64,000 bases of DNA from Marsupella aquatica (lineage: Eukaryota > Plantae > Marchantiophyta), in assembly GCA_973895155.1 (NCBI GenBank), contig OZ316895.1, forward strand, positions 62,001-126,000, given 5' to 3'. Made by a program: the position numbers and the translations under genes. The notes below the pieces were generated by a model. It worked only from the letters and a program-made list of their open reading frames with translations, did no database searches and had not been told where the DNA came from. Of the stretch, positions 51,673 through 62,732 are shown piece by piece (positions within the stretch are counted from its first letter, which is position 1; every line of letters begins with the position of its first letter).

Positions 51673-52119
51673 AATAAAAGTACCCTCATTAATAAGAGTA
51701 CCCTCATGGACAAGGCCCAACACAAGGATACCCTTAGGAGATAAGAGTACCCTCACTGATAAGGGTACCCTCATTATCAAAGTACCATTGTTGATAAGTG
51801 TATCCATTGATAAGAGTACCCTCATTGATACTTAAGAGTAGTACCCTCATACGCAAGCCCTCACTGATCAAAGTACCATTGTTGATAAGCGTACCCATTG
51901 ATAAGAGTACCCTCGCTGATAAGAGTCCCTCGCTGATAAGAGTACCCTCGTTGATAAGAGTACCCTCAAGCACAAGGGTACCCTCAGGAGATAAGAGTAC
52001 CCTCATTGATCTAATTAAGTACCATCGTTGATAAATGTACCACATTGATAAGAGTACCCTCACTGATAAGAGTACCCTCATGCACAAGGGTACCCTCAGG
52101 AGATAAAAGTACCCTCATT
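51673..52119. repeat. ~18 bp minisatellite (GATAAGAGTACCCTCATT)
   Basis: More than 20 degenerate tandem units. Confidence 0.9.
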
Positions 52120-53676
52120 CACATGGGGAGCAATGAAAATAGGGATAATTGTAACCACGTCCAAAAGGTGAGATCTGTGATCATAGCCATTCAAAAATAC
52201 TGTCCTTCAAAACCTTGAGGACTTTTCTAACAAACAGTTCAAGAATGTTTTTATAACAAAGAATCCAATAAAGTGTAAACTTTAATTTTATGGTGTTCAA
52301 TTTTTTTTAGATTTTCCCACACTATAGCAAACAAATCCACTGAATTTTTTTATTCTAATTCCAATTCAGTAAAAATTACAATTCCGGTCAAATAGTACAC
52401 GAACCATTTCACATCTGAGTACCGAAATGCCGTAAGTTGTAATTTTTATCATTAGATTTATGAATAATTCAACATGTAGGTGGGGAGAAAGGGGGAATTT
52501 TGATGTTGAGGTACTCACCTTCATAAATCTACTATTGATTTGTCCCAAGGAGTGTACAGTTCTTTCCTTGGTCTCGCCTCAATATTTGTACAATGTTGGC
52601 ATGAATGACACTGCACAGAACACTAAAAGGATTTAGTGTCTTGAGGATGACCAAAAACAATAACAAGAAACCTGAAACTGAAACTCATTTGTCCAAGTGC
52701 ATGTAGAGCTTCATATCATTGGCAACAATAGTGCTTGAAGCCAACTTACTTTTGAATGACGTGTAAGGCAATATCTTGTGGAAGAGGGCCGATAGCTTCC
52801 CAACTACTAAAGGAAGTAGATTTTGCACTCACAAAGTCATCCCAACAACCAGATCCCCTTGTGCAATCTGAGAAACGTGGAGAAATCAGCTGGCAGTCTC
52901 GAACAGTCTACAAGGCCCAATGTTAAGCTTTGATGGCGGCGAGGCAGTCTAATCACAAAAATGTCGAGTCTGAACCCAAAACGTTGCAGCAGGAAGTGGA
53001 GAAAAAAACAGGCGCAATGTGTACTACTTTAAAAAGTTCCAAAAGTGGCGTTTTGGGTAGAATAGGGTGCTGCCCTCACCCTTTTGGTCCCGACCCCCTA
53101 ACAACTTCGTGGCGGGCTTCGGCTAACAGGTTCATTATTGGTGTGGGAGTTCTACTCGACCAGCCACCAGAGGCCTTAGTGGACATAAACGCAGTAGTAC
53201 AGTAGTTCACTTGACGTGACCAGTGAGGTGCAACAACCACTCGGTTGAAGCATCAAAAGAATTGGCTGAAACGGCCACAATCTCATACAACATACACGGC
53301 AAGGTCTCTATGCCAATTTCCCAGCCTTATCTAGGGACAGATTGAAGGCAGCTTCCGACCACGAAAGTCACAAAACTGCCTATGAGCCATCCGTACCTCT
53401 AAAGATCCGCCATATATAGACCCTCTTCACAGCTTTATAGAATCACGCATTGTCAGAACACACAAGTCAATCTACACCGATCTTCCGACTACCGCAACCA
53501 CAATAGTGTGCTAAAATTCACCGTGAAGTACTGGATTGGCTCCACTCTAATTCGTGCCTTACTCGAGACATGAGAAACGGAAAAATTGACGCGTCTAGTT
53601 TCGTCTCACCTTGTTTAAGTAAGCAATGTTGACAATCGGGTCGAGAAGGTACTGGAGGAATGCATCCAACGTGAAG

Positions 53677-56600
53677 TGTCATGTCATCGGCTGCAGCCTT
53701 AACTCAGACTTCAGCTTAGATGGGCACATCCCTTGTAAATCTGAGGGTACGGGCAGGAAGGGAAGCACGTAATGCACCTTATTCTCGTAAACTAGCGCTA
53801 AGTGCGCATACTGCTAAATACAGACACCTCCTAGGTATGGTTTGTGTTCCGCCGCCGGAACGTACCTTAGTCGATAGCAGGATCGACCCTGGCTTAAGGG
53901 CTTCTAAGCCTTCGTGCTGTCCGCCTTCGATCCGGATTCGATGATACAGGTCCTCAACCCGTGCTCGCAACCACTTACCCGCAGGCTGCACCCTGTGCAT
54001 GTCTCGGGTAGTGCGTTCGGCTTGGCGCTGCCACCCATATACGAGAAACCCACACACATACACGCGCACATGCATACAATCTCGATTTACACGAAGGAAA
54101 ATGATGGGAAAGGATTTTACTACAAAGGGAACATATGCGTACACTTAGTTGATCCGACAGCCTCGGAATGAACAGGTTCAAGGCCGAGGGTGCACACTAC
54201 AACGGAGCCCGGCTCCGCACTCGCCCGACGAGCTTAGTCCTACCCCCTCCCCTTGGTACTCTTTCATTCCCAGAGGTCGGGACTCCCCGCACATACCGCG
54301 GATGCCCAACTTTGCAACTAAAAAAACCCCCCCGTCTCTACCGAGGGGTGCACTAAATACTGAGGGCCGAGGGACGGGGTGTCCTCTCGCCGAAGATTCA
54401 CTGACTACGGTCCTAACTAAGCTAACAGTCAGGCCGGAAACGGCTGTGTCTTATTAGAAGATCCTAATCTATGCAGGCTGGACAGCACGGCAGCGATGTT
54501 GTACCTAAGGCAGGTGCCTGTCCCAAGAGCCTGACTAAGCTAGGCCTAATCCTAATCTATTCCTACTCCGCCGCTAATGCCTGGCACGCTTGCCAGAGCC
54601 ACCTGAATGGGAGCGGCCATCCCGCTGCCTTCGAAGCCTGTCATTGTCCGCCTTGAGGAGCTGGACCTGGTCCAGCAGAGATTTGTTCTCTCGCCTCGCC
54701 GCGTCCGTCTCCTCTGCTGCCTCCTGACAAGCCTCCTCCAACTGCTGGGCGTCACTTGTCAGTTTACCTGCCAGCTGGTCCTGCTTCTCGGCCTCGGTTT
54801 GGAGCCGCGCCACCTCGGCCTGCAACGTGGCTATCTCCGCCGTGTCCCGCTGGGCCCGTTCCTCGGCCTCCTCCAGGTCTTTCTGCCAGGTGACAGTTTG
54901 ATTCTTCAAACTGTCAATCTGGTTCCGGAGTCGTGTAATCTCGGCTTCCTTCCCAGCTTTGGCCTGTTCGGCTAGGGCGGTAAGAGCGTGCGCCTTTGCT
55001 AACAACTCATCGGCGGCTGCAACCTTGGGTCGTAGTTGCCGAAGCTCAGCCTCTTGAGCTGCAACTTCGTCCTTTAGGTACACGGACTCCACCCGGTACC
55101 GCTCTATCCTCTGAAGGGCCTCTGACTGGGCCCGACCTGCCTTTACTGCGGCAACCAACTCCTGATTGAAGAAACAGGCTACCTTTCGGGCCATGAACTC
55201 CCCGGTATCCCGGGCAATTTGATGAGAGAAATCTCCCAGAAGCCCGTTCAGAAATGTACCCGGTACGAAGAGTTCCGGGTGGTCCAGGTTGTGCCTGTCC
55301 GGAGTTGGGCACGGGCAGACATCCACACGCGCGGGGGCCGGGGCAGTGACGTCCAGCCCTGGGGACGTAACGTTGGAAGGGGCTGGAGCGTCCTCCTGTA
55401 GCAATGTCCGGTTCTCTGGAATAGCCACCGGTGGGTCTTTGGGAGAACCGGGCTCGGGTAAGACCTCCGCCGTACCGACCTCTGTACTTAGCCCGGCCTG
55501 TTGGGTCGCATCAACGGTTGCGACACCCGACCCATCCGGTACCTCCTCGGTTACAACTACAGGGGTGGGTGAAGCTGGCGTGTCCGCTGGACTTCGGGCC
55601 TCGGGCTGGGGCCGTCTCTCCAAGGCCGGGAAAACCCACCTAGCTGGGACCAGCTTTGTAACGTTGACACGGGGAAGGGTTCGTCGATCAAACCGGGCGT
55701 ACCACTCAAGAATGATCTCGATGTGGCTAGCGAAATACGCCTTCCCGCCAATGTACAGCGTCTTCCTTTGCCGCTCCATCTCTTCATGGAATTTCTTAGC
55801 GAAGTACGACGCCCACCTCCTAGGTCGATAGTTCTCGACCTGGATAACCTGGGCGGCGGAGATCTCCCCCCGGGGTTCCATCAGGTGGAGGGCGTACCTC
55901 TCAAACTCCAGTCGCTCAGCTATCTCGGGGATGAGGCAGGTTTTCATCACGAACCCGTTGTCCACTGCTCCCTCTGAGGGAAAACTTGAAGATTGGTACT
56001 TGGCTCCCTTGCCCCCGGGAACCCATGATTCGACTTGATGGTCACCTTCGGGTAACCCGAAGATCATCCTGAGCCGTTCTTCCGTGAGGGACATACTCCT
56101 TCCCCACAACCGAGTATGTTGACGTGCGTCGTCATAATTCCTGACGAACTTCGTCATGTCCTCCCCGTAGTACCTGCAAGTGTTCCAGGGGAGGGAGGCG
56201 AGGTGCTCGAATCCCTGAGTCTTCAGGTACACCGCATGCTTGGGATGGAGGATGTTTTTGTGAACGTTTTCCCCCATGCGGTGCATCGTCACCTTGGCCA
56301 CGGCTACCGTGGCCAATGGTAACCCGGATGCAGTGGCGGATTCCTTCCTCTTCTTCCCCCGTGACTGGCTTGGGGAAGGTGACACCTCCCCATCCTCCCG
56401 ATCGGGCCTGGGTAGTGCTACTGCCATTAGTAACGGGCCCGGGACGGCCACGGTCACCATGTTGTCTGCCGGGGCCGCTCCTGGGGTCAGAGCAGGGGGT
56501 GGGGACGATATAGTATCGGCCCCCTGAACGCTTGTTCCTCTGGGCCGCCTGGTCAAGGGTAGGGTAGCCTCGTCGTCATCGCTAAGATCCACAGCGTTGA

Positions 56601-57656
56601 TGACGGAGCGTACTTGTGCTGGCTGGGCGATCGGTGGTGGGGTTTGGCTAGGCTGCGGCTGAGGCTGAAGCTGAAGCTGAGCCTGAGGTTGTACAGGTAC
56701 GGGTACAACTGAGTTGGTCATGTTGGTTGCTGGCCGAGTTCCTATGAAGCTCTGTAGGTGCTGGTAGAAGTTCTCCGAAGCGAGTGCAGACGACCTTGTC
56801 GAACGGGTAGTGCTGGACTCGCTGTTGATGATAGCCCGAACCTGAGCAGGGATGTGGTCAAAGTGATGTCGCTGCAAGTCGATCATACCCGGGATATTGA
56901 AGACCTCATCCGGAAGCCGAAGCAATGCTTCCCAGAACCCGATATATTTGTCTCCGTTGAAGAAGTACCCGGATACCTCTGCTGGTCGGTAAAGCTCGCT
57001 CTGAGACGGGTAGTCAAAGTTAAGGATGTAGTGGTGTCGTCCTGCTAGGCGGATGGCTCGCTCGTACTCGCGTTCGATTTCGTATCGGCGTGGGTTAGCG
57101 TGTTTCAATGAGTCGGCCAAGTGCCTTTCGGTAGATAGGAACTGCGTCCAGAATCGAATGGCCGAGCTGGAGAGGATCGTGTGCGACATTCAGAGGAGAT
57201 AGTAGTGGCGACTTAGAGCGAATGAGAGAGCTGGGGTCAAAGCTGGCGCGTGGACTGATGGACTGGTGCACTACAAAGGGTTGGCTCCCCTTTTATACCT
57301 TGAGGGCTTGTCGATCCCCCGACGTCTCCTCGACGCCCATAGGCTAAACCGCTCACGCTTGTGGTGTGCCGGCCACTCCGCCGGTCTGAGTCAGCGCGTG
57401 TCAGTGGCCGCTTCCTTAAGTTCGTTATACGGACCCGAGGGAGGGGCCCCTCCACGCTCGTAACCCGGGTGTGCGAATAGCGACCAGCCGCCAGTCCGAA
57501 CCTGAATTCCCCCTTATTGCCTAATGATATCCTATCCATAATGATTACCTAAATACTGTCGTTATGCTAATAATAGTGGCCTAAGACACTCCTAACGCAC
57601 GTGTCGAGCAGAGTTAGACCAAATCACTCATTAACCGCCGTACCGATGGCGTCACA
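53677..57656 (-). mobile_element. Solo LTR of family A without matching TSD
   Basis: Full TG..CA copy with flanks TGAAG and CAGAG; no PBS or PPT adjacent. Confidence 0.92.
54574..57189 (-). CDS. Intact LTR-encoded 871 aa protein: globular N-domain, P/Q-rich linker, NLS-like KKRK, plant-retrotransposon accessory-like domain, C-terminal coiled coil
   Basis: Uninterrupted ORF wholly inside the LTR; three disrupted paralogues and two diverged homologues lie in the window. Confidence 0.85.
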   Translation of the reverse strand: MSHTILSSSAIRFWTQFLSTERHLADSLKHANPRRYEIEREYERAIRLAGRHHYILNFDYPSQSELYRPAEVSGYFFNGDKYIGFWEALLRLPDEVFNIPGMIDLQRHHFDHIPAQVRAIINSESSTTRSTRSSALASENFYQHLQSFIGTRPATNMTNSVVPVPVQPQAQLQLQPQPQPSQTPPPIAQPAQVRSVINAVDLSDDDEATLPLTRRPRGTSVQGADTISSPPPALTPGAAPADNMVTVAVPGPLLMAVALPRPDREDGEVSPSPSQSRGKKRKESATASGLPLATVAVAKVTMHRMGENVHKNILHPKHAVYLKTQGFEHLASLPWNTCRYYGEDMTKFVRNYDDARQHTRLWGRSMSLTEERLRMIFGLPEGDHQVESWVPGGKGAKYQSSSFPSEGAVDNGFVMKTCLIPEIAERLEFERYALHLMEPRGEISAAQVIQVENYRPRRWASYFAKKFHEEMERQRKTLYIGGKAYFASHIEIILEWYARFDRRTLPRVNVTKLVPARWVFPALERRPQPEARSPADTPASPTPVVVTEEVPDGSGVATVDATQQAGLSTEVGTAEVLPEPGSPKDPPVAIPENRTLLQEDAPAPSNVTSPGLDVTAPAPARVDVCPCPTPDRHNLDHPELFVPGTFLNGLLGDFSHQIARDTGEFMARKVACFFNQELVAAVKAGRAQSEALQRIERYRVESVYLKDEVAAQEAELRQLRPKVAAADELLAKAHALTALAEQAKAGKEAEITRLRNQIDSLKNQTVTWQKDLEEAEERAQRDTAEIATLQAEVARLQTEAEKQDQLAGKLTSDAQQLEEACQEAAEETDAARRENKSLLDQVQLLKADNDRLRRQRDGRSHSGGSGKRARH

Positions 57657-58093
57657 CAGAGCGAGCTTTACCGACCCGAAGAGGTATCAGGGTACTTCTT
57701 CGACGGAGGCAAATATATCGGTTTCTGGGAAGCATGCTTTGGCTCCCGGACGCGGTCTTCACTCTCCCGGGCACGATCAACTTGCAGCAACACCACTTCA
57801 ACCACATCCCCGCTCAAGTCCAGGCTATCATCAACAGCAAGTTCAACACTACCCGGTCGACAGGGCCGTCTGCACTTGCTTCAGAAAACCTCCACCGGCA
57901 CCTGCAGAACTTCATGGCAACTCTACCATAACCGACCAGTGCCGGCCAACCCGTGCCCATACCCGTACCTACACCTCCTCGGGCCGGTCCCTGCCACCGG
58001 TCCCACCACCTCTCCGAGTACGATCCATGGTGAATGCGGTGAATACTAGCTCCGAAGATGAGGAGGCTCACCCTCCTCTGAATTGACGGCCGC
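57657..58093 (+). pseudogene. Fragment of a diverged sister (A') of the LTR ORF, cut on both sides by LTRs
   Basis: QSELYRPEEVSGYFFDGGKYIGFWEA/LPDAVFTLPGTINLQQHHFNHIPAQVQAIINS aligns by eye to about aa 62-215 of the 871 aa protein. Confidence 0.85.
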
Positions 58094-61000
58094 TGTGATG
58101 CCTAGCCAGGAATCACTCGGCCAGTTAAGTGGGTAAAGAAGGAGTGCACCCTAGAAACACCTTAGTATAGGGACAAAACAAGGAAAATATAAACAATTAG
58201 GGGCGACTAAGGAACCCAGGCCGAGGCCGGATGTAAGGATGCTGGGGTGAAAACAAGATTAGGGTTAGGGCGCGCTAAGCATTGGCGGCTAGGAAGGATC
58301 AACGGGAGAAAGGACCGAAAGAGGAGAGGGGTAAGGAGCGCTTGCAGGAGATGGTGGCTCATTTGCGAGCACAAACTAGGCAGACGACTACGGGAGGCCA
58401 ACTACTGTCAGCTGCTTAGGCAAGCACTCGGGGAGAGAGTAGATATCGACGATCGACCTAAGGAGGGTATGAGCAACGTCAATCAAGCGGCACATTTCTG
58501 GGGATGCCTGTTCGAACGGGCAACTGAGTACATCAAGACTTACAAGGACGAAGAATCAGAAAGGGCAGCTCGAGAACGACATGAGCTCGCTCGATTGTGG
58601 GAGCTGCAGAAGACGGCTTTCTTAGGAGGCGAACTCATCAAGGCCGAGTTCTTGTGGACTCCTACTTCCAATCAGCTCGACGATCTTCTGTTTTGCGAAG
58701 ACAGAATCATCGGCATTCGAGAGGCCATCAAGAACTGCAACGACATACACTGGGAATTGAAGGGTAGCATGGAAAGGTGGACCCAGGCAACGGTGCTAGG
58801 AGAAACCTCCACGGCAGCCGAGATGAAGAGGAAGGGAGCCGTCAACGATGAAGCCACCCCGGCAAAAAGAACGAGGTCGGCGGCACCAAAGAAGCCAGCC
58901 GAGCAGTAGAGCAGGAGGCAGGGAGAAGCCGAAGAGGAGGAGGACGATCCCATCAATGCCATTCCAACCAGGGATGACACCTGGAAGGGCTGGGCGGCAA
59001 CCCTACCAGCGGAGGTGCAACTACATTTTGCACGGGAGGAGGATGCATGCTTTACGGCCATGCAGACCAAGAAGTACCAAGGCTTCATGGCCGGATCCGG
59101 CTTAGAGGCCTTTGTAAGATTACCATGGCTGAAGCCGGAGGTACCGGAGTCAGACCTATTAGAATTCGTGGGGTCATGGGAACCCGAGACCAATTGCACG
59201 AGGATATATGGGAAGGATTTCTATCTTACTCCCAAGGTGATTGCCGAAGTGTTTGGCTTGCCGATAGGCAATAAGACCAAAGTTGATACCAGGAAGACCT
59301 TGCCTGACAAGGAGTTCCGGTCGTTCCCCGGGCCATCAACGAAGAATGGCTTCTTCCGGAACACCTGCACCAACCCGCACATAGGAGAGATGATCGACTT
59401 CTTGCGGGTGACCATGCATTGTAACTTGCCGAGGGCAGAGATCGGCAAGGCACAGGTCTATCTGGCAGAAAGGTCAGACCCAAGCCGGGACTACAACGGG
59501 TACCTCCTCAACCAATTGAAGAAGATCTTAAAGGAGGAGCAGCAGGTAATTGGCATGGGGAGCGTGTCGCGGCTTGGCTATCACATGCCACTGTTGTGCC
59601 GGTATGCCAGAGGTCAGACCTTTGCCCCAATACTTCCCCTGTAGGTAAGGGCACCCGAGGAAGCCCCAGCACCGAGGCCGGTAGTAGAGAAGCCTCAACC
59701 ACCTGTTAGCCCTACGATTGAGCAGGTGTTTAGGCCAAGGAAGCAAGACTTGCCGATGCAGCAACCAAGCATACAAAATCTGCTGAAAATGCTGGAGAAG
59801 GAAAAGATGACACCGGCTTCGGCAGCAGCACCAATACAGGACACTACCCCAGAGGTCAACCTAAGCAGAATCAGGCCAGAATCCAAGCCGGGTGTTCGAA
59901 TGTACATGGGAGTCTCAAGCTCTGAATCTGAGGCAGAATTGCCTGAAGCTCCTACCGACGAAGAAGAGAGGGAGAAGCCGGAAGTCCAAGAAGTAGAGGA
60001 GGCAGTGGAGGACTGCAGCCATGATAACTCCGGCTATGGGTCGGACCATCACGTTCCAGGAGTAAGGACCTATGGCCGGTTTATCCCCACACTTCCAAGG
60101 GTAGTACAAGGGGACCCCAACCAGCAGAGTAGCCCTGAGTCTCCCCCACCAGATGTTGCTCCCCCGAGCTTTGACGGCATAAAATAGACGGCGCAGGAAT
60201 TTCAGGAGCGAATCAGGCAGGAAGAGGAGGCAGCCCTGGCTAGGGAAAAGGATTTGCCAGGAGGAGATTGGCCGGAGGACATCAGGCGGCTAGCCGAAAA
60301 AGGAAGCAAACCTCTAGCCATGATTGAAGAGATCCGCAAGACGGCTTGGGAGCAGAGGCCGCGATGGGCGATGCCGATCACTTCTACTTATTCCACCTAC
60401 GCTAAGAATAGAGCCATGGAGTATGGTGAGATGTGTGGGGAACTTGCGCTCGGCATCTTTGGGGAGGAGTTGGAGGTAGGACCCTTTTTCCATAGGGAGC
60501 AGTTGGAGAAGAACCAATTAGAAGAAGCGGTGGCTTTAGAGAGAAGCAAGAAGGACGAGGTCATCCGGCGGCTTAGGAGGATGGAAGCCGAGATTGAAGA
60601 TCTAAAGGCGGCCAAGAAAGCCCAAGATGAACTACGGATTAAGCGGCATGAGCTGAACATCATGCAGGGGCAGTTGGACACAGCGCAGGCTGATAATCAT
60701 AATATCAAGGATAAACTGACTCAGACCCAGGGAGAATTGGCCGACGCAATCAAGGACAGTGAGAAATGGAAGAAGGAGCTGAGAAACGCAGAGGAGGCCC
60801 ATATAGCAGTCAACAACCGGGTCACGGCGGAGACTCAAAGAAAGGAATGGGCGTTGAAGGGGGAGCTCGAGAAAATCCGCGGAGCCCTTGAGCAGAAGGA
60901 GGCCGAGTTAGGGAAATCCTATCAAGGGATTATTGCGCTACAGCAGGAGCTTGCGTCCCTGACGGCCAGCTTCAAGGCCGACCTGCGGGAGAAGGACGCC

Positions 61001-62732
61001 CAGCTCGACCAGACTTATGCCAAGATGCATAACATGGAATCTGAGGTCGTAGCGGAGCTCGACAAGGAGCTGAGAGCAACCCAGGAGGAGAGGGCTACCA
61101 CCAAGAAGGAATTGGAGGAAGCCCACAAGGAATTGGAGGAAGCCAAAAACGAGCTAGAGGAGGCACGTAAGGACCTGGATGAGACCCAGGAGGAGTTGGA
61201 GGAAATCACGAGGAAGATGGAGAACCTACAGCGGCGGGCCGACAACCAAACAGAGCGGCTGAAGAAACAAGCCGCAATATTTAAATGCTTAGCTACGTCA
61301 GGTCCATCTCCCATTGGGGCAAACCAGTTACCAGGGGTGGTAATTACCGAAGGACCAGCCGTGACACATGGCCCGGTGCCGGACGTTGGTGGCAAAGGGA
61401 AGGAACAGGCTGTGGAGATAGTGAAGAAGAAGAAGCGGAAACCTTCGGGGTCCGGAGGTTATTCGACCCCTCAAGCCGTACTCAAACCAGCGCCAACCTC
61501 CGGCATGAACACGGCAATAGATTCCGCTATCACCAAAGGTGGGGATGGCGCGGCCCAAGCCGAACTACTCAGTAATGAGGCCGGTATCCCAGATCCACCT
61601 CTTGAGCAAGCCGGGGAGACAGTGGCTGAAGCCGTGGCTGAGGCCGTAGTCGAGAATGATTCCCGAGCCGATGCCGAAGCCGAGGGTGGGCCCAGTCATG
61701 CCGATGAAAAGTTGACTCGGTCAGAGGCAGGTAATCTGTCAGAGGACGGACCAACGGCAGTGGTTGCGGAGGAAGCATTGGGGGCGTCCATTGAGGATCC
61801 ACCACCGGTGTCGTGACGGTGCAAGGGCGCCGTTCCTTTTAGGAAGGGCGGACGTGGAGGTAGGAGGCGTGAGTGGGCAGGGCGGGCGCTGATCTCCAAG
61901 TTTAGGATTAGGATCAGGACCAGGAGCGGCCCTGACACTTAGCTTAGTGGGATTGCGGTTCCACTGGTAGGAGCAACACTTGTGCTCCTGCCTTGCTGTA
62001 CATAGGTAGATTCGGGCAGGTAGGTTACTGTTAGGTAGATTAGGCTTACGCTGCAAAGAATTAGGCGGATCCACTACCAGGATAAGTACCTGGGCAGCGG
62101 GGAGCTCAGGGCCTCTTCTTTAGCAAGTTTTTAGTTTGCACCAGCCGGGCTGGGATCAAGCAATAAGAGAAGCTCTCGGTTAGTCATACCGTGACCTTTT
62201 GTATATTCATGTTTCCTCATGCCTAAGAGCTTAATAGAGTTGGCCTCACGGCTTAGTTCGTAGAGCTTGTGTATGAGATGTACTGTTTGTATGGCAAGTG
62301 CATGGTATGACTCAGTCAGAAGGAGTCATTTTGCTATTTGTGTGTCGCATTAACTTGTGTGAAGAGTGCCCACATCAACCAGAAGGAAGGAAAGTAAGCA
62401 AGGGAGTGAGAGTTGGATGTGTCGAGCTGAGAGAGGTCTTAGCGGCTTAACCAAGCCTATTGGGGATCATTCCGGCGGCGGAATCCAAACATACCTAACC
62501 AGAAGGAGAGGAAGACAAGGGAAGGCCTAGATTAGGCCGGCTACGTATCTCATGACCCGATGAAGGATCTGTCCAGTATATGTGTGTAAAAGGCTAATAG
62601 TAATAGTAGAAGGAGGTTAGCAGCGTCCCATGCCGCTAAGCCGCGGAAACGGCCTCGCCAAGCACGAAACCTGCGGGAATCGGCTTGAGCTGGGGGGTTT
62701 CTTGGGTTTAGGGAGCCATGGGACGCACCACA
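58094..62732 (+). mobile_element. Putative ~4.6 kb coding LTR of a second family (B), solo, no TSD
   Basis: TGTGATGCC start (family A: TGTGACGCC) and CACA end coincide with breaks in both flanking ORFs. Same layout and 3' motifs as family A. Only one copy is present in the window. Confidence 0.7.
58469..61816 (+). pseudogene. Family B LTR ORF (~1115 codons, three in-frame TAG stops)
   Basis: Track ORFs ending 58909, 59644, 60187 and 61816 share one frame. GLEAFVRLPW..EFV..W....RIYGK...LT...I..VFGLP..NGF parallels the family A domain; a long coiled coil follows. Confidence 0.8.

Noticed and set aside
49962-52087. ORFs at 49962..50337 and 51616..52087
   Set aside because: They are low-complexity translations of the MITE and the minisatellite.
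54574-57189. Retroviral-type env gene
   Set aside because: No signal peptide or transmembrane segment is visible; basic NLS-like motifs and a coiled coil suggest a soluble protein.
62550-62580. Hammerhead ribozyme core (CCGATGAAGGATCTGTCC)
   Set aside because: No CTGATGA plus GAAA core and no closing stems were found.
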